This document shows, piece by piece, positions 20,338 through 29,501 of a stretch of 64,000 nt of DNA. The stretch lies in assembly GCA_027064425.1 (NCBI GenBank), contig JAMOPO010000015.1:160001-224000 (forward strand), written 5' to 3'. Origin of the DNA: Methanobacteriota archaeon (lineage in GTDB: Archaea; JAADCQ01; Methanopyri; Methanopyrales; Methanopyraceae). The notes below the pieces were generated by a model that worked only from the letters and a program-made list of their open reading frames with translations, ran no database searches and had not been told where the DNA came from. Within the stretch, counting starts at the first letter, position 1, and each line of letters opens with the position of its first letter. Position numbers and translations under genes: made by a program.

Positions 20338-20997
20338 CTAAATATCTTTTTCGGCCTCCCGCAGCGCCGACTCGATCGCCGACTCCGCCTCCCCCACCAC
20401 CTCGAACCCGTGCCCCGGGAAGATCGACTCCACACCCACCGCCAGCAACCGCTCCAACGACTCGCACAGCCGCTCCCGATCCCCGCCCGGCAGATCCCAG
20501 CGACCCGGCCCGAACCCGAACACCGTATCCCCCGTGAACGCCACGTCCTCCACCAAAAAGCAGCAACTCCCCGGCGAGTGCCCCGGCGTGTGCAGCACCC
20601 GCACCTCCACCTCCCCCACCTCGATCACGTCCCCGTCCCGGAACGTGAACGACGGATCGAACGCCGGCATCGACTCCCCGAACAGGTACGCCGCCGACCT
20701 CCGATCATCCCCCTCCCGCAGCACCTCCGCCTCCGCCGGATGAATGCCCACCCTCCATCCCCGCTCCAGCGCCCGCGGTCCCGCCGCCGCGTGATCGTAG
20801 TGCGAGTGCGTCAGCACAACCCCCACGATCTCAACGTCACCGACCTCCCGAACCACCTCGCCCGTCGCCCCCACGTCCACCAGCAGCCCCTCCTCACCCG
20901 ACCGCAGCAGGTAGCAGTTGCAGTCCGGTGCCGGCGTCACTCCCTTACCGCCCACCCTGTACACCGAGAACTCCTCGCACGAGTACACCTCCAGCAA
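20338..20997 (-). CDS. Metallo-beta-lactamase fold hydrolase (glyoxalase II-like)
   Basis: THSHYDH, HTPGHSPG, FTGD, PGHG; TTG start 20997. Confidence 0.9.
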   Translation of the reverse strand: MLEVYSCEEFSVYRVGGKGVTPAPDCNCYLLRSGEEGLLVDVGATGEVVREVGDVEIVGVVLTHSHYDHAAAGPRALERGWRVGIHPAEAEVLREGDDRRSAAYLFGESMPAFDPSFTFRDGDVIEVGEVEVRVLHTPGHSPGSCCFLVEDVAFTGDTVFGFGPGRWDLPGGDRERLCESLERLLAVGVESIFPGHGFEVVGEAESAIESALREAEKDI

Positions 20998-21001
20998 GGG
21001 G

Positions 21002-21865
21002 GTGCCCCCCATCCGACCCGAGAGGCTCGCCCACCGCGCCGTCAAAAAAGCCCTCGAGCGCACCGTCTTCGACCCCGACGCCTGGATCCACGTGACCACC
21101 GTCTCCAACGACACCATCCACATTCACGTCCTCACCAACCAGCGCCGCAACGTCGAGGGCAAGGGCGGCCGCAACCGCCAGTACCTCGAGGGCTACGTCG
21201 AGGGCTACCTCGCCGCCCACGACCACCACGCCCGCGTCCACGTCAGCGTGATCAACGCCGGCCTCCGCGACGAGACCGAGGAGTTCCGCTACCTCCCCCT
21301 CGAGCGCGCCCTCAAGGAGGGCGTCCTCGACGAGAACCACCCCATCTGCCGAACCTGCCGCGAGCTCGACATCCCCTACGTCGTCCTCGGCGCCCGCGAG
21401 ATCGTCGGCCCCAACCCCGTCCTCCCCGAGCTCGTCCAGGAGACCGAGGGAGAGCGCGCCGTCGACCTCTTCACCGGCACCGGAGCCGCCGCACTCGCCG
21501 CCGCCCGCGCCGGTTACGACGAGATCTACGCCATCGACGCCAAGATTCACCCCGACGTGCGCGAGCGCCTCGAGAGCGAGGGCATCGAGGTAATCGAGAC
21601 CGACTTCCGCGACCTCGACCTCCGCGAGCTCGAGCCCATCGACCTCCTCACCGCCGACCCACCCTACGCCTCCGCCCTCGAGCTCCTCAAGAAGCTGGAG
21701 GAGGAGCGGCCCCGCGTCCGCACCGCCATCATCGCCCACGGCTTCACCGGCTGGGTCCGAGCCGTCCGCGAGATCCGCGGCTACCTCCTCGAGCTGTTCC
21801 GGGAGGTGGAGCCCGTCTCCAGGCACGGCCACGAGCTCAGCGTCTGCCGCGAGCTAAAGCGCTGA
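21002..21865 (+). CDS. SAM-dependent amino-methyltransferase (DPPY type) with an N-terminal extra domain
   Basis: AVDLFTGTGAAA motif I and ADPPY motif IV. Confidence 0.75.
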   Translation: MPPIRPERLAHRAVKKALERTVFDPDAWIHVTTVSNDTIHIHVLTNQRRNVEGKGGRNRQYLEGYVEGYLAAHDHHARVHVSVINAGLRDETEEFRYLPLERALKEGVLDENHPICRTCRELDIPYVVLGAREIVGPNPVLPELVQETEGERAVDLFTGTGAAALAAARAGYDEIYAIDAKIHPDVRERLESEGIEVIETDFRDLDLRELEPIDLLTADPPYASALELLKKLEEERPRVRTAIIAHGFTGWVRAVREIRGYLLELFREVEPVSRHGHELSVCRELKR

Positions 21866-23522
21866 CCGATACCACCCGATCGACCACCCGACCACCCGGC
21901 AGGCAGCGCTCACGCACGAACCGCTCGAACGAGCCCCCTCCTCCCCGGGACCGGTGCCGCAGGAACGCGCCCGCCCACAGCCCGCGCGCCCGCTTCCGCA
22001 GCGAGTACTCGAAGGGAACCCGGGTCAGGAACCGCTCCGCGCGCTCGCCACGGAGCTCCATACTGAAAACGAGCCGATTCTCACCTGATGACGTCTCGTA
22101 AGTCCCGCCTCTGGAGACCACCGCACGTGCGCCGACTACTTTGTTCAGCACCTCATTAACTCCCTCCAGGATGCAAGGAGGGTCCTCGAACGGTGATGCT
22201 TGGGCAATGCCCACCCTCACGTCCCCCCTGTCAGTCACCGACACCCATCCATCGGCACCGAAGAACCCGGCCAGGAACTCCAACGCGACCCTATCAGGGC
22301 CGCGGCGAATCCACTCGGCCACCTCAGTCTTACCCGCCTTCCGGCCCTCCGGCACCCCGAGCTCCCGCAGCAGCGCCGCGAACCCCTCCGAGTGCACGGC
22401 TACCTCCACCGCATCCCTATCCTCGTACTCGTACCTCACCGGCGAGAGGCCCAACGTCCCGAGGTCTCGCTCCAGCCAACGCAGTCCCGCCGGCTCCCCG
22501 TAGAACTTGACCACGTCCCGCTCCAAGTGACCGTCGCCCACCGCGTAGCCCACGATCCTCGCCAGCGCCGGGATCGCCGGATCCTCCCACCGCAGCGGCA
22601 GCAGATCCAGATCCCGCAGGAACTCGAGGGCACCGTCCGAGGCGTCAACGGCCGACAGCAACACACCCCGCCGATCCACCGCTGGGGGAACCTCCACCGG
22701 GTACAGCACGACCCGATCCCCCGGCTCGAGGTCACCCAACCGGCGCTCGCCCTCCGGGGTGAGAACGCGCTGACCCTCCGGGCCCGCGAGCTCGAACCCC
22801 AGCCTGGTGCCCACGACCACGCCGGCGCCCCGGTCTCCGGCGAGACTGGCCGCCCCGTTCCACCGAGCCGGCCACCGCGCCGACAGCCTCGCCTCCCGCC
22901 GAGCGAGCTCTTCCAGAACCAACCGGGCCCGCTCCTCCCGGGGATTGTAGCGGAACCGGACCCGCGAGAGGAACCGGAGCAGGTCGCGCCGACCGCGCAC
23001 CAGCACCTCCACCCGAGCGTACCGGTAGCGCCCGGAGGAGACCGGAGACAGCCCCACCACCTCCGCGCTCACGCCCAGCGAGTCGAGCAGCTTGAGGACG
23101 TCAAGCGCCAGGAAGATCAGGCCACCCTCCCGATCCGCCCGCGCCCGAAGCTCCAGCCGCACCGGCCGAGGACGACCTCCGTCGAACCCGAGCACCTCCC
23201 CGCGCACGCTGTAGAGCCCGGCCAGCAGCTCACGCGCCGCGCTCGGATCCTCGAACACCCAGCCCGGGATCCGACCCGTGTCCGGGGACGCACCGGCCAC
23301 GGCCAGCGCGCTCAGGAGGCGAGCGTCCCGTGACTCCACGCTCGTCCACCGCTTGCCCCGCCGCACTGATGGGCTCACGCCGAACCGGCGCAGGTCCTCG
23401 AGGAGCTTCTGCGCCCCCTCGTTGGGCACCGAGAGGCGCACGCGCGACCGGTCGCCCTCACGGAGCGTTCCCCTGCCCAGCAGCACTCCGAGTAGCCTGG
23501 CGAGGACGAGCTCCAACTCCAT
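21837..23522 (-). CDS. Free-standing intein-derived protein with two tandem LAGLIDADG endonuclease units and degenerate HINT remnants
   Basis: Motifs LLGVLLGRG/LLAGLYSVRG and IVGYAVGDG/FLAGFFGADG; block-B-like GFELAGPEGQRVLTPEG..DLEPGDRV; no extein, no N-terminal Cys, no C-terminal HN. Confidence 0.8.
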   Translation of the reverse strand: MELELVLARLLGVLLGRGTLREGDRSRVRLSVPNEGAQKLLEDLRRFGVSPSVRRGKRWTSVESRDARLLSALAVAGASPDTGRIPGWVFEDPSAARELLAGLYSVRGEVLGFDGGRPRPVRLELRARADREGGLIFLALDVLKLLDSLGVSAEVVGLSPVSSGRYRYARVEVLVRGRRDLLRFLSRVRFRYNPREERARLVLEELARREARLSARWPARWNGAASLAGDRGAGVVVGTRLGFELAGPEGQRVLTPEGERRLGDLEPGDRVVLYPVEVPPAVDRRGVLLSAVDASDGALEFLRDLDLLPLRWEDPAIPALARIVGYAVGDGHLERDVVKFYGEPAGLRWLERDLGTLGLSPVRYEYEDRDAVEVAVHSEGFAALLRELGVPEGRKAGKTEVAEWIRRGPDRVALEFLAGFFGADGWVSVTDRGDVRVGIAQASPFEDPPCILEGVNEVLNKVVGARAVVSRGGTYETSSGENRLVFSMELRGERAERFLTRVPFEYSLRKRARGLWAGAFLRHRSRGGGGSFERFVRERCLPGGRVVDRVVSVSALARGRR

Positions 23523-23610
23523 CGCGAGCACCTCTCGAGACCGCGTTCGGCCGGGCGTAAGCGGAGAACGATGCGGACTGACCGCCCCCTCCGGGCTGCG
23601 ATCCGGAAAC

Positions 23611-23634
23611 AACGTTTTGAGTCTCATAACGATT
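23611..23634 (-). repeat. tRNA-trailer dyad element, copy 2 (AATCGTTATGAGACTCAAAACGTT)
   Basis: 10 nt after the tRNA-Phe CCA; aligns without gaps to the other copies. Confidence 0.75.
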
Positions 23635-23644
23635 TGCGGCTTTT

Positions 23645-23753
23645 TGGTGCCGCGGCCGGGATTTGAACCCGGGCCCACCGGATGGCCGAGGCCCCGCGGA
23701 CGACCCGCGGGGCCTCTTCAGTCCGGCGCTCTCCCAGGCTGAGCTGCCGCGGC
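23645..23753 (-). tRNA. tRNA-Phe(GAA), C8, with a 32-nt BHB intron at 37/38 (23684-23715)
   Basis: Cloverleaf; BHB central helix CTGA/TCGG with AGA and CCA bulges; encoded CCA. Confidence 0.95.
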
Positions 23754-23848
23754 CTCGCATCGGGGCCGTCGGGGGCGGCCCGCTTTGCCTATTTAACTTT
23801 GTCGGCCGGTGGGGGCCGCGGTCGATCGGGGCGCGGGGGCGCGGGTCA

Positions 23849-24943
23849 TTGTACCTGACGAGGGAGGAGGAGCGGATCCTGGACGGCGAGGAGGGGGAGC
23901 TGAAGGCGCGGCTGTTGGAGGTGCTGGTGAAGCTGGGGGAGACGTTCGGCGCGGAGCGGTTGGTGAGGCCGGCGTCGGTGCACGTGTCGGGGGTGTCGTA
24001 CAAGACGATCGGGGATGCGGGGCTGCGGTTCCTGCGGCGGGTGGCGGAGGAGGGGCTGCGGGTGGAGGTGCCGACGAGCGTGAACCCGTGCGGGATCTGC
24101 CTGGAGGGTAACTTGAAGGTGGACGAGGGGTTCGAGCGGCGGCAGCGGGAGATCCTGGAGGCGCTGGAGTCGTTGGGCGCGGCGCCGGTGTACACCTGCG
24201 CGCCGTACCAGCAGGGGTTCCAGCCGTCGGTGGGTGACGTGCTGGCGTGGGGGGAGTCGTCGGCGGTCTTCGTGGCGAACACGTGGTTCGGGGCGCGGGC
24301 GAACCGGGAGGGGGCGCCGGCGACGGTGGCGGCGGCGGTCACGGGGCGGGTCCCGGAGTACGGGCTGCACCTGGAGGAGAACCGGGTGGCGGAGTACGAG
24401 GTGGTCGTGGAGTTCGAGCCGCGGAACGACTTCGAGTGGTCGGCGCTGGGGTACTGGCTGGGGGAGGCGGTGGACGGGATCCCGGTGCTGAGGCTGCCGG
24501 TGCGGCCGTCGCTGTCGAACGTGAAGTACCTGGGGGCGGCCGCGGCGGCGTCTGGGGCGCTGGCGATGGCGTACATCCCGGGGGTGACGCCGGAGGAGCC
24601 GCGGGTGGACGATCCGGAGCGGGTTGAGGTGGAGCGGGAGGACGTGCTCGATCTGGTGGAGTCGCGGTTCGGGAGGGAGCGGGAGGGGCTGGCGTTCACG
24701 GGGTGCCCGCACCGGGTGGACGGGGAGGCGTTCCGGTTCCGCGGGTGCGACTGCTACGTGTGCTGCCCGGCGAACGCGGTGTTCGAGGGCAGGGTGCTAC
24801 GGGGTACCTGCCCGGTGGTCGCGCCGATCGAGGAGGTGTGCGACGCGGTGTACACGGACTCGCTGAAGGCGGCGCACTACCTGGCGTCGCGGGTGGAGGT
24901 GAACGTGGGCCCGCTGGGGCCAGAAAACGATAAAAGTGAGTGA
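23849..24943 (+). CDS. Aconitase X large subunit (probable phosphomevalonate dehydratase large subunit)
   Basis: MYLTREEE, HVSGVSYKTIGDAG, TCAPY, AWGESSA, GCPH, TCPVV; TTG start. Confidence 0.88.
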   Translation: MYLTREEERILDGEEGELKARLLEVLVKLGETFGAERLVRPASVHVSGVSYKTIGDAGLRFLRRVAEEGLRVEVPTSVNPCGICLEGNLKVDEGFERRQREILEALESLGAAPVYTCAPYQQGFQPSVGDVLAWGESSAVFVANTWFGARANREGAPATVAAAVTGRVPEYGLHLEENRVAEYEVVVEFEPRNDFEWSALGYWLGEAVDGIPVLRLPVRPSLSNVKYLGAAAAASGALAMAYIPGVTPEEPRVDDPERVEVEREDVLDLVESRFGREREGLAFTGCPHRVDGEAFRFRGCDCYVCCPANAVFEGRVLRGTCPVVAPIEEVCDAVYTDSLKAAHYLASRVEVNVGPLGPENDKSE

Positions 24944-24966
24944 CCGCGGGGTAGGCACGGACGCGA

Positions 24967-25044
24967 GGGGCCGTGGGGTAGCCTGGTCTATCCTTCCGGC
25001 TTTGGGGGCCGGAGACCCCGGTTCAAATCCGGGCGGCCCCACCA
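24967..25044 (+). tRNA. tRNA-Pro(TGG), U8, encoded CCA
   Basis: GGGGCCG-T-G...CCGGC TT TGG GG GCCGG...GGTTCAAATCC...ACCA. Confidence 0.97.
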
Positions 25045-25052
25045 ATCCCGCG

Positions 25053-25076
25053 AATTGTTACGAGTTCCTTAACGAT
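25053..25076 (+). repeat. tRNA-trailer dyad element, copy 3 (AATTGTTACGAGTTCCTTAACGAT)
   Basis: 8 nt after the tRNA-Pro CCA. Confidence 0.85.
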
Positions 25077-25792
25077 CGCGCCGTGAGGCGTTGGGAGGGG
25101 CGGGAAAAGCCAGCACCCGCCGCCTCCACCCGAGCTTTCGGGGGGCGTCGAGGCGGGGTCGCCGATCGCCCCGTCGCCGAGGACGATGATCGTCGGGGCG
25201 ACGATGACCACCGTCACGGCGCTCTTCAGGCCGAGCTCCCCGAGCACGGAGAGCATAACCGACGCCCTGAGGCTGCGAGCCGTAGCGCGGTAGCGGCTAG
25301 CTTCGGGTTGGCGCGGATCCTGTGCGAGGTGGGCTCTAACCCGCCCAGCCGGGGGCATTGTAGCACCCGTCCTGACGCGGGCTGACCGGTGCGCGCGGCG
25401 CTCCGGGCGCGTCCCGTCGTGCTGGATCCGCCGACCGCCCGCGGACGCCGCGATCCGCACGTCACCTCCTTCTCGCAGGCTCCCAGGGCCGAGGGAGATC
25501 TCAGCGAGCGTGGTCCCGCGGTACGGCGGGGGCGACGATGCGACGGTGGGCCAGCTCGGACCGGTGATCCCGGCCGTGCCGGGCTCGCTCGCGGGCAGCC
25601 TCGCGGTCTCCTCGCCCTCAGCGTCGGCCGCGACCACGGTCAGCTCGAGTACCCGGAGCGCCTCACTAGGGTCCGGTTCGCGATTCAGGGTGCGGCTGCG
25701 GGGCGACGGTGACCTGGGTGAGCGGGAGGATGGCCGGGCCCGTGCCCGGCTCTCGTCCCTCCGGTTCGGCTGAGTGTTGGTGGAGCCAGCGG

Positions 25793-26632
25793 TCAGCCGG
25801 AGGCCAGCTTGGGCAGGCGGAGGATCCGGGTGGCTCGCGTCAGTTCGCGAATCCTCCACTTGGGCTTGCCGATGACGGCGCGCTGGGCCTCGCGCCACCT
25901 GTACGTGAGCCGCGCGCGCCAGGAGTCGGTCCGCTGGGCCTCGGAGCGGTAGTTGTCCTGCGGCGCCATCAGGATCGGCTTGTCCGGCTCCTCCAGTGGG
26001 TTCACCTCGGCCCACTCGGCGAGGGCCCTGAGGGCGTCGAGTCCGCGCTCGGTCACCGGGAACTCGATGGTCTCCTCGAACTTCTCGACGCGGAGTCGCG
26101 GCTCCTCCGGCGTGGTGGTCAGCCAGTCCTCGCCGGGGCAGACGTCGCGCCAGCGCATGCGAACGAGGTCCATGACGCTGACGCCGGACTCGACGATGGT
26201 CCGGAAGGGCGCCCACCAGGATGCGTCCTTGTTTTCTTTTGCCCACTCCTCGATCAAATCTACTTTACTTAAAATCTCCTTAGCCTCCTCCTCGGTCATC
26301 TCGGGGGAGGCCGGCGACCCGTACGCCTTCACGGTGAGCACGATCATGGGGTCGCGGTCCACGGCCTTCAGGGCCTTGGTGAAGGCGTACCAGCACAGCC
26401 GGCCCATCTCGTGGTCCAGCTCCATGTTCTCGACCTTGTCAACGAGCAGCCGGCGCAGCTGCCTGGCGACCTCGACGATCTCCTCGTTGTCGGCCTCCTC
26501 GAGCCACCGGAGCGGCTCCTCGTCGATGATCTCTGAGAGGAACTCGTCCAGCCTCCTCAGGGCGAACCGGTACGAGTGCCGGGTGTTATCGTTCTCCACG
26601 TCCAGCTGGTCGGCCAGGACCTCGAGGGACAT
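25793..26632 (-). CDS. Tyrosine recombinase/integrase-like protein, catalytic residues apparently lost
   Basis: SAM-like N-terminus (NTRHSYRFALRRL); box I-like TIVESGVSVMDLVRMRWRDV (Arg replaced by Ser); ends at WRIRELTR with no HxxR and no Tyr. Confidence 0.65.
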   Translation of the reverse strand: MSLEVLADQLDVENDNTRHSYRFALRRLDEFLSEIIDEEPLRWLEEADNEEIVEVARQLRRLLVDKVENMELDHEMGRLCWYAFTKALKAVDRDPMIVLTVKAYGSPASPEMTEEEAKEILSKVDLIEEWAKENKDASWWAPFRTIVESGVSVMDLVRMRWRDVCPGEDWLTTTPEEPRLRVEKFEETIEFPVTERGLDALRALAEWAEVNPLEEPDKPILMAPQDNYRSEAQRTDSWRARLTYRWREAQRAVIGKPKWRIRELTRATRILRLPKLASG

Positions 26633-26705
26633 TTAACCGGACCCCCGGGCGCGGGTCGACCGAGCTGGGAATGAGATATTTTTTCCGGGAAGGGCGAGCG
26701 GGGGG

Positions 26706-27596
26706 TTGAGCGTGGCTGAATCCGTGGAGCTATATCACGGGGATTTGTACTCGATAGCCTACAGGGCGGAGCTCGACAAGTTCCTGCCGGTGATCGGGCG
26801 GGCTAGGATCACGCCGGCGGAGCTGGCCCTGGCCGGCCTGCTGAGGAAGGGTTACAGGGTCGTGGTGAAGACGCTGGAGGGCAAGCAGCTGCCCGGCCGG
26901 CGGCGGATCGAGCTGGCCAGCGAGGTCAAGGACCTGACGGGCCGGTTCGTCGAGGAACTCGTCGAGTCGAAGCGGGCGCACCACCTGCGGCTCTCGGCCC
27001 GGTGCCTGGGGGCCCCGGTCACGCTGGAGTACGAGCCGGACTGGACGGTGAAGGTGGGTGGCCGGCACGAGGTCGACCCGGAGCGGCTGCACAAGAACCG
27101 GGCGCTGGTCAAGCTGCTGGAGTTCGTTTCAGAGCACGAGGTGGAGTTCCCGGACGTGGTCATCGACCTGGGGGCCGCCCCGGGCGGATGGTCTTCGTTC
27201 GCCGCGCAGGTCGCCGAGCACGTGATCTCGGTGGACCCGGCCCGGCTGGAGGAGCGGGTGAAGGAGCTGGAGAACGTGCACCATCTGCGCGTGACCATCC
27301 AGGAGTTCGCGCTCCCGGACATGGTGAGCGCGGCGTTCCCCGGTGAGAACGCGTGCCTGCTGTCCGACGTGTACTCGGGCGACCCGGAGGAGGACCTTTA
27401 CGGGGTGCTCCGCGTCCTGGAGAACGTGAACCTGAAGATCGAGTGGGCGCTGATCAAGGTCGCCCCCACGGACGAGGCGGAGGGCGTGGTCGAGTGGTTC
27501 CGGGAGGAGGCGGAGGACCTGGGGTTCGAGTCGGAGGAGGTGGAGCTCGAGTCGGCGAGCTCTAACGAGACCTTCCTCTACCTGACACGAGGGTAG
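26706..27596 (+). CDS. FtsJ/RlmM-like 2'-O-ribose RNA methyltransferase
   Basis: NRALVKLLE, VIDLGAAPGGWS, SVDP, LSD, K, SNE catalytic pattern. Confidence 0.8.
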   Translation: MSVAESVELYHGDLYSIAYRAELDKFLPVIGRARITPAELALAGLLRKGYRVVVKTLEGKQLPGRRRIELASEVKDLTGRFVEELVESKRAHHLRLSARCLGAPVTLEYEPDWTVKVGGRHEVDPERLHKNRALVKLLEFVSEHEVEFPDVVIDLGAAPGGWSSFAAQVAEHVISVDPARLEERVKELENVHHLRVTIQEFALPDMVSAAFPGENACLLSDVYSGDPEEDLYGVLRVLENVNLKIEWALIKVAPTDEAEGVVEWFREEAEDLGFESEEVELESASSNETFLYLTRG

Positions 27597-27936
27597 TCCC
27601 CTCGTGGCGGTACGGGGGCGAGCACACGCACAGGATGCGCATCGGCTCGGTGCCCTCGTTCCGGACCCAGTGCACGGTGCCGCGCGGGATCTCCACGCAG
27701 TCCTCGGGACCAACCTCCAGCGCCCGGTCGTCCAGGTAGACCGTGCCCCGACCCTCAAGGATCCAGTAGACCTCATCGAACTCGTGGTAATGAGGTCGCG
27801 TGGACTCCCCCGGTGGGATCACCGCCACCGCCAGGCTCATGCCCTTGATCTCCGAGAACTCGGGCCTCACGAGCTCGTACACCAGCGATCCGTCCAGGGT
27901 CTCGTAGGGTTCCACGTCGCGCGGGTTCCTGCGCAA
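27562..27936 (-). CDS. Cupin-domain protein
   Basis: PHYHEFDEVYWILEGRG, IPRGTVH, CSPPYRH. Confidence 0.85.
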   Translation of the reverse strand: MRRNPRDVEPYETLDGSLVYELVRPEFSEIKGMSLAVAVIPPGESTRPHYHEFDEVYWILEGRGTVYLDDRALEVGPEDCVEIPRGTVHWVRNEGTEPMRILCVCSPPYRHEGTTLVSGRGRSR

Positions 27937-27946
27937 GGACCCGGCC

Positions 27947-28003
27947 CCGATGACGAGACGGGTGAGCGGTGAGCGCGGCGATGATCGGTCCGTCCATTGC
28001 CGA
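27947..28003 (+). ncRNA. C/D box sRNA candidate
   Basis: CCGATGA..GTGA..GCGATGA..CCGA with flanking CCCC/GGGG stem, intergenic. Confidence 0.5.
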
Positions 28004-28100
28004 GGGGATGATCGGCGAAAGGGAGTTTCGTCATCCGCGGGGTCGGCGTCGGGAGCCCCTCCTCATTAACGCCTCCGAACCGCCGCGGCGCGCGGGTCGC

Positions 28101-29501
28101 CTAATGTCTTACCGCCTGGCCACCCTGCCGGTGCTCGTGGGCGCTCTCCGCCAGATTTCGGGCGAAGGTCGGGTGCGACGCCGCGTGAACGTGCACGTAG
28201 GTGCCCAGGACGTTGGGCATCCCCCTCGGCTGGATCCCCTCGCGCCCGCTCATGCCCTGCCCACGCAGGATCCTGTAGGCGAAGACGGCGTCCTTTAAGC
28301 TCAGGAGGCGGGAGTAGTGGAACTCGTGACCCTTGAACACCTCCCCTTGCCGGGTGACCGGGGTGTCTCGCACGGCCTCCGCCACGGTGTAGCTGAGCCC
28401 CTGAACGCGCGACGTCATCTCCACCGAGGCGTCCAGGACGCCGACCCACCGGTACCGCTCTCCCCCGTAACGCAGCTCCCTGCACAGGTACATCATGCCG
28501 CCGCACTCGGCGTAGACAGGGGCGCCGGACTCGGCCAGCTCCCGGATCGATTCCCGGCAGGCCTCGGCCTCCTCCAGCTCTCGGGCGAAGAGCTCGGGGT
28601 AGCCTCCACCGAGGTACAGCGCGTCGGCCGAGGGTGGGACCTCCTCGTCCTTGACCGGGCTGAACTCGAGCACCTTGGCCCCGTTCTCTTCGAGCGCCTC
28701 CAGGTTTTCGGGGTAGTAGAAGTTGAACGCCTCGTCCAGCGCCACGGCCACCCGGCAGCGGTGCGGGCTAACCTCCCAGGGCCGCTCTCCCTCCTCGACG
28801 GGCCCGGCTCGGTCGGCGATGTCGAGCAGGAGGTCAAGGTCCAACTGGTCGGCGATCAGCCGGGAGATCTCCTCGAGGCGACGCTCCATCTCCCGCCTGC
28901 GCTCGGGGGTCGGCGTGAGGCCCAGGTGCCGGTACTCAACCTTCATCGTCTCGGTGCGGGGCACGTACCCCAAGACTTCCACGTCCGGGACGTACTTGCG
29001 GAGCGCCCGCCTCGCCTTGCGGTAGTGGAGCTCGGAGCGGACGTTGTTGAGAATGACCCCCTCGATCCGGGCGTTCTCGAGCCGCCGGTAGCCCAGGACC
29101 ACGGCGGCGGCGCTCTTTGTCAGGCTGCGGGTGTCGACGACGAGCACGATCGGCGCGTTGAGGACCTCGGAGACGTGGTAAGTGCTCCCGCGGATCCCGA
29201 CCGCCCCGATCCCCTCGTAGAGCCCGCGGACACCCTCCACGATCGCGAGGTCGGCGTCCCGGGACCGCCGGTTGAAGAGCCAGAGGACGTGTTCCTCGCG
29301 GAACAGGAAGGTGTCAAGGTTCCCGCAGGGCCTGCCCGACGCCAGCCAGTGGTAAGATGGGTCGATGTAGTCGGGCCCGACCTTGAAGGGTTGAACGTCG
29401 AGCCCCTCCTCGGTGAGCGCCCGGATGATCCCGGCCGTGATGAGCGTCTTCCCGCAGGCGCTGGAGGTCCCGGCGACGACTACCCGGGGCGTTGAGGACA
29501 C
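28101..29501 (-). CDS. cbiA: Cobyrinate (or Ni-sirohydrochlorin) a,c-diamide synthase CbiA/CfbB
   Basis: GKTLIT, FKVGPDYIDP, EGVRGLYEG, AFNFYY, AECGGMMYL, GHEFHYS. Confidence 0.92.
   Translation of the reverse strand: MSSTPRVVVAGTSSACGKTLITAGIIRALTEEGLDVQPFKVGPDYIDPSYHWLASGRPCGNLDTFLFREEHVLWLFNRRSRDADLAIVEGVRGLYEGIGAVGIRGSTYHVSEVLNAPIVLVVDTRSLTKSAAAVVLGYRRLENARIEGVILNNVRSELHYRKARRALRKYVPDVEVLGYVPRTETMKVEYRHLGLTPTPERRREMERRLEEISRLIADQLDLDLLLDIADRAGPVEEGERPWEVSPHRCRVAVALDEAFNFYYPENLEALEENGAKVLEFSPVKDEEVPPSADALYLGGGYPELFARELEEAEACRESIRELAESGAPVYAECGGMMYLCRELRYGGERYRWVGVLDASVEMTSRVQGLSYTVAEAVRDTPVTRQGEVFKGHEFHYSRLLSLKDAVFAYRILRGQGMSGREGIQPRGMPNVLGTYVHVHAASHPTFARNLAESAHEHRQGGQAVRH

Noticed and set aside
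25000-27000. Intact provirus/ICE integrated at tRNA-Pro
   Set aside because: No repeat of the tRNA 3' end was found, there are no viral genes, and housekeeping genes resume immediately.
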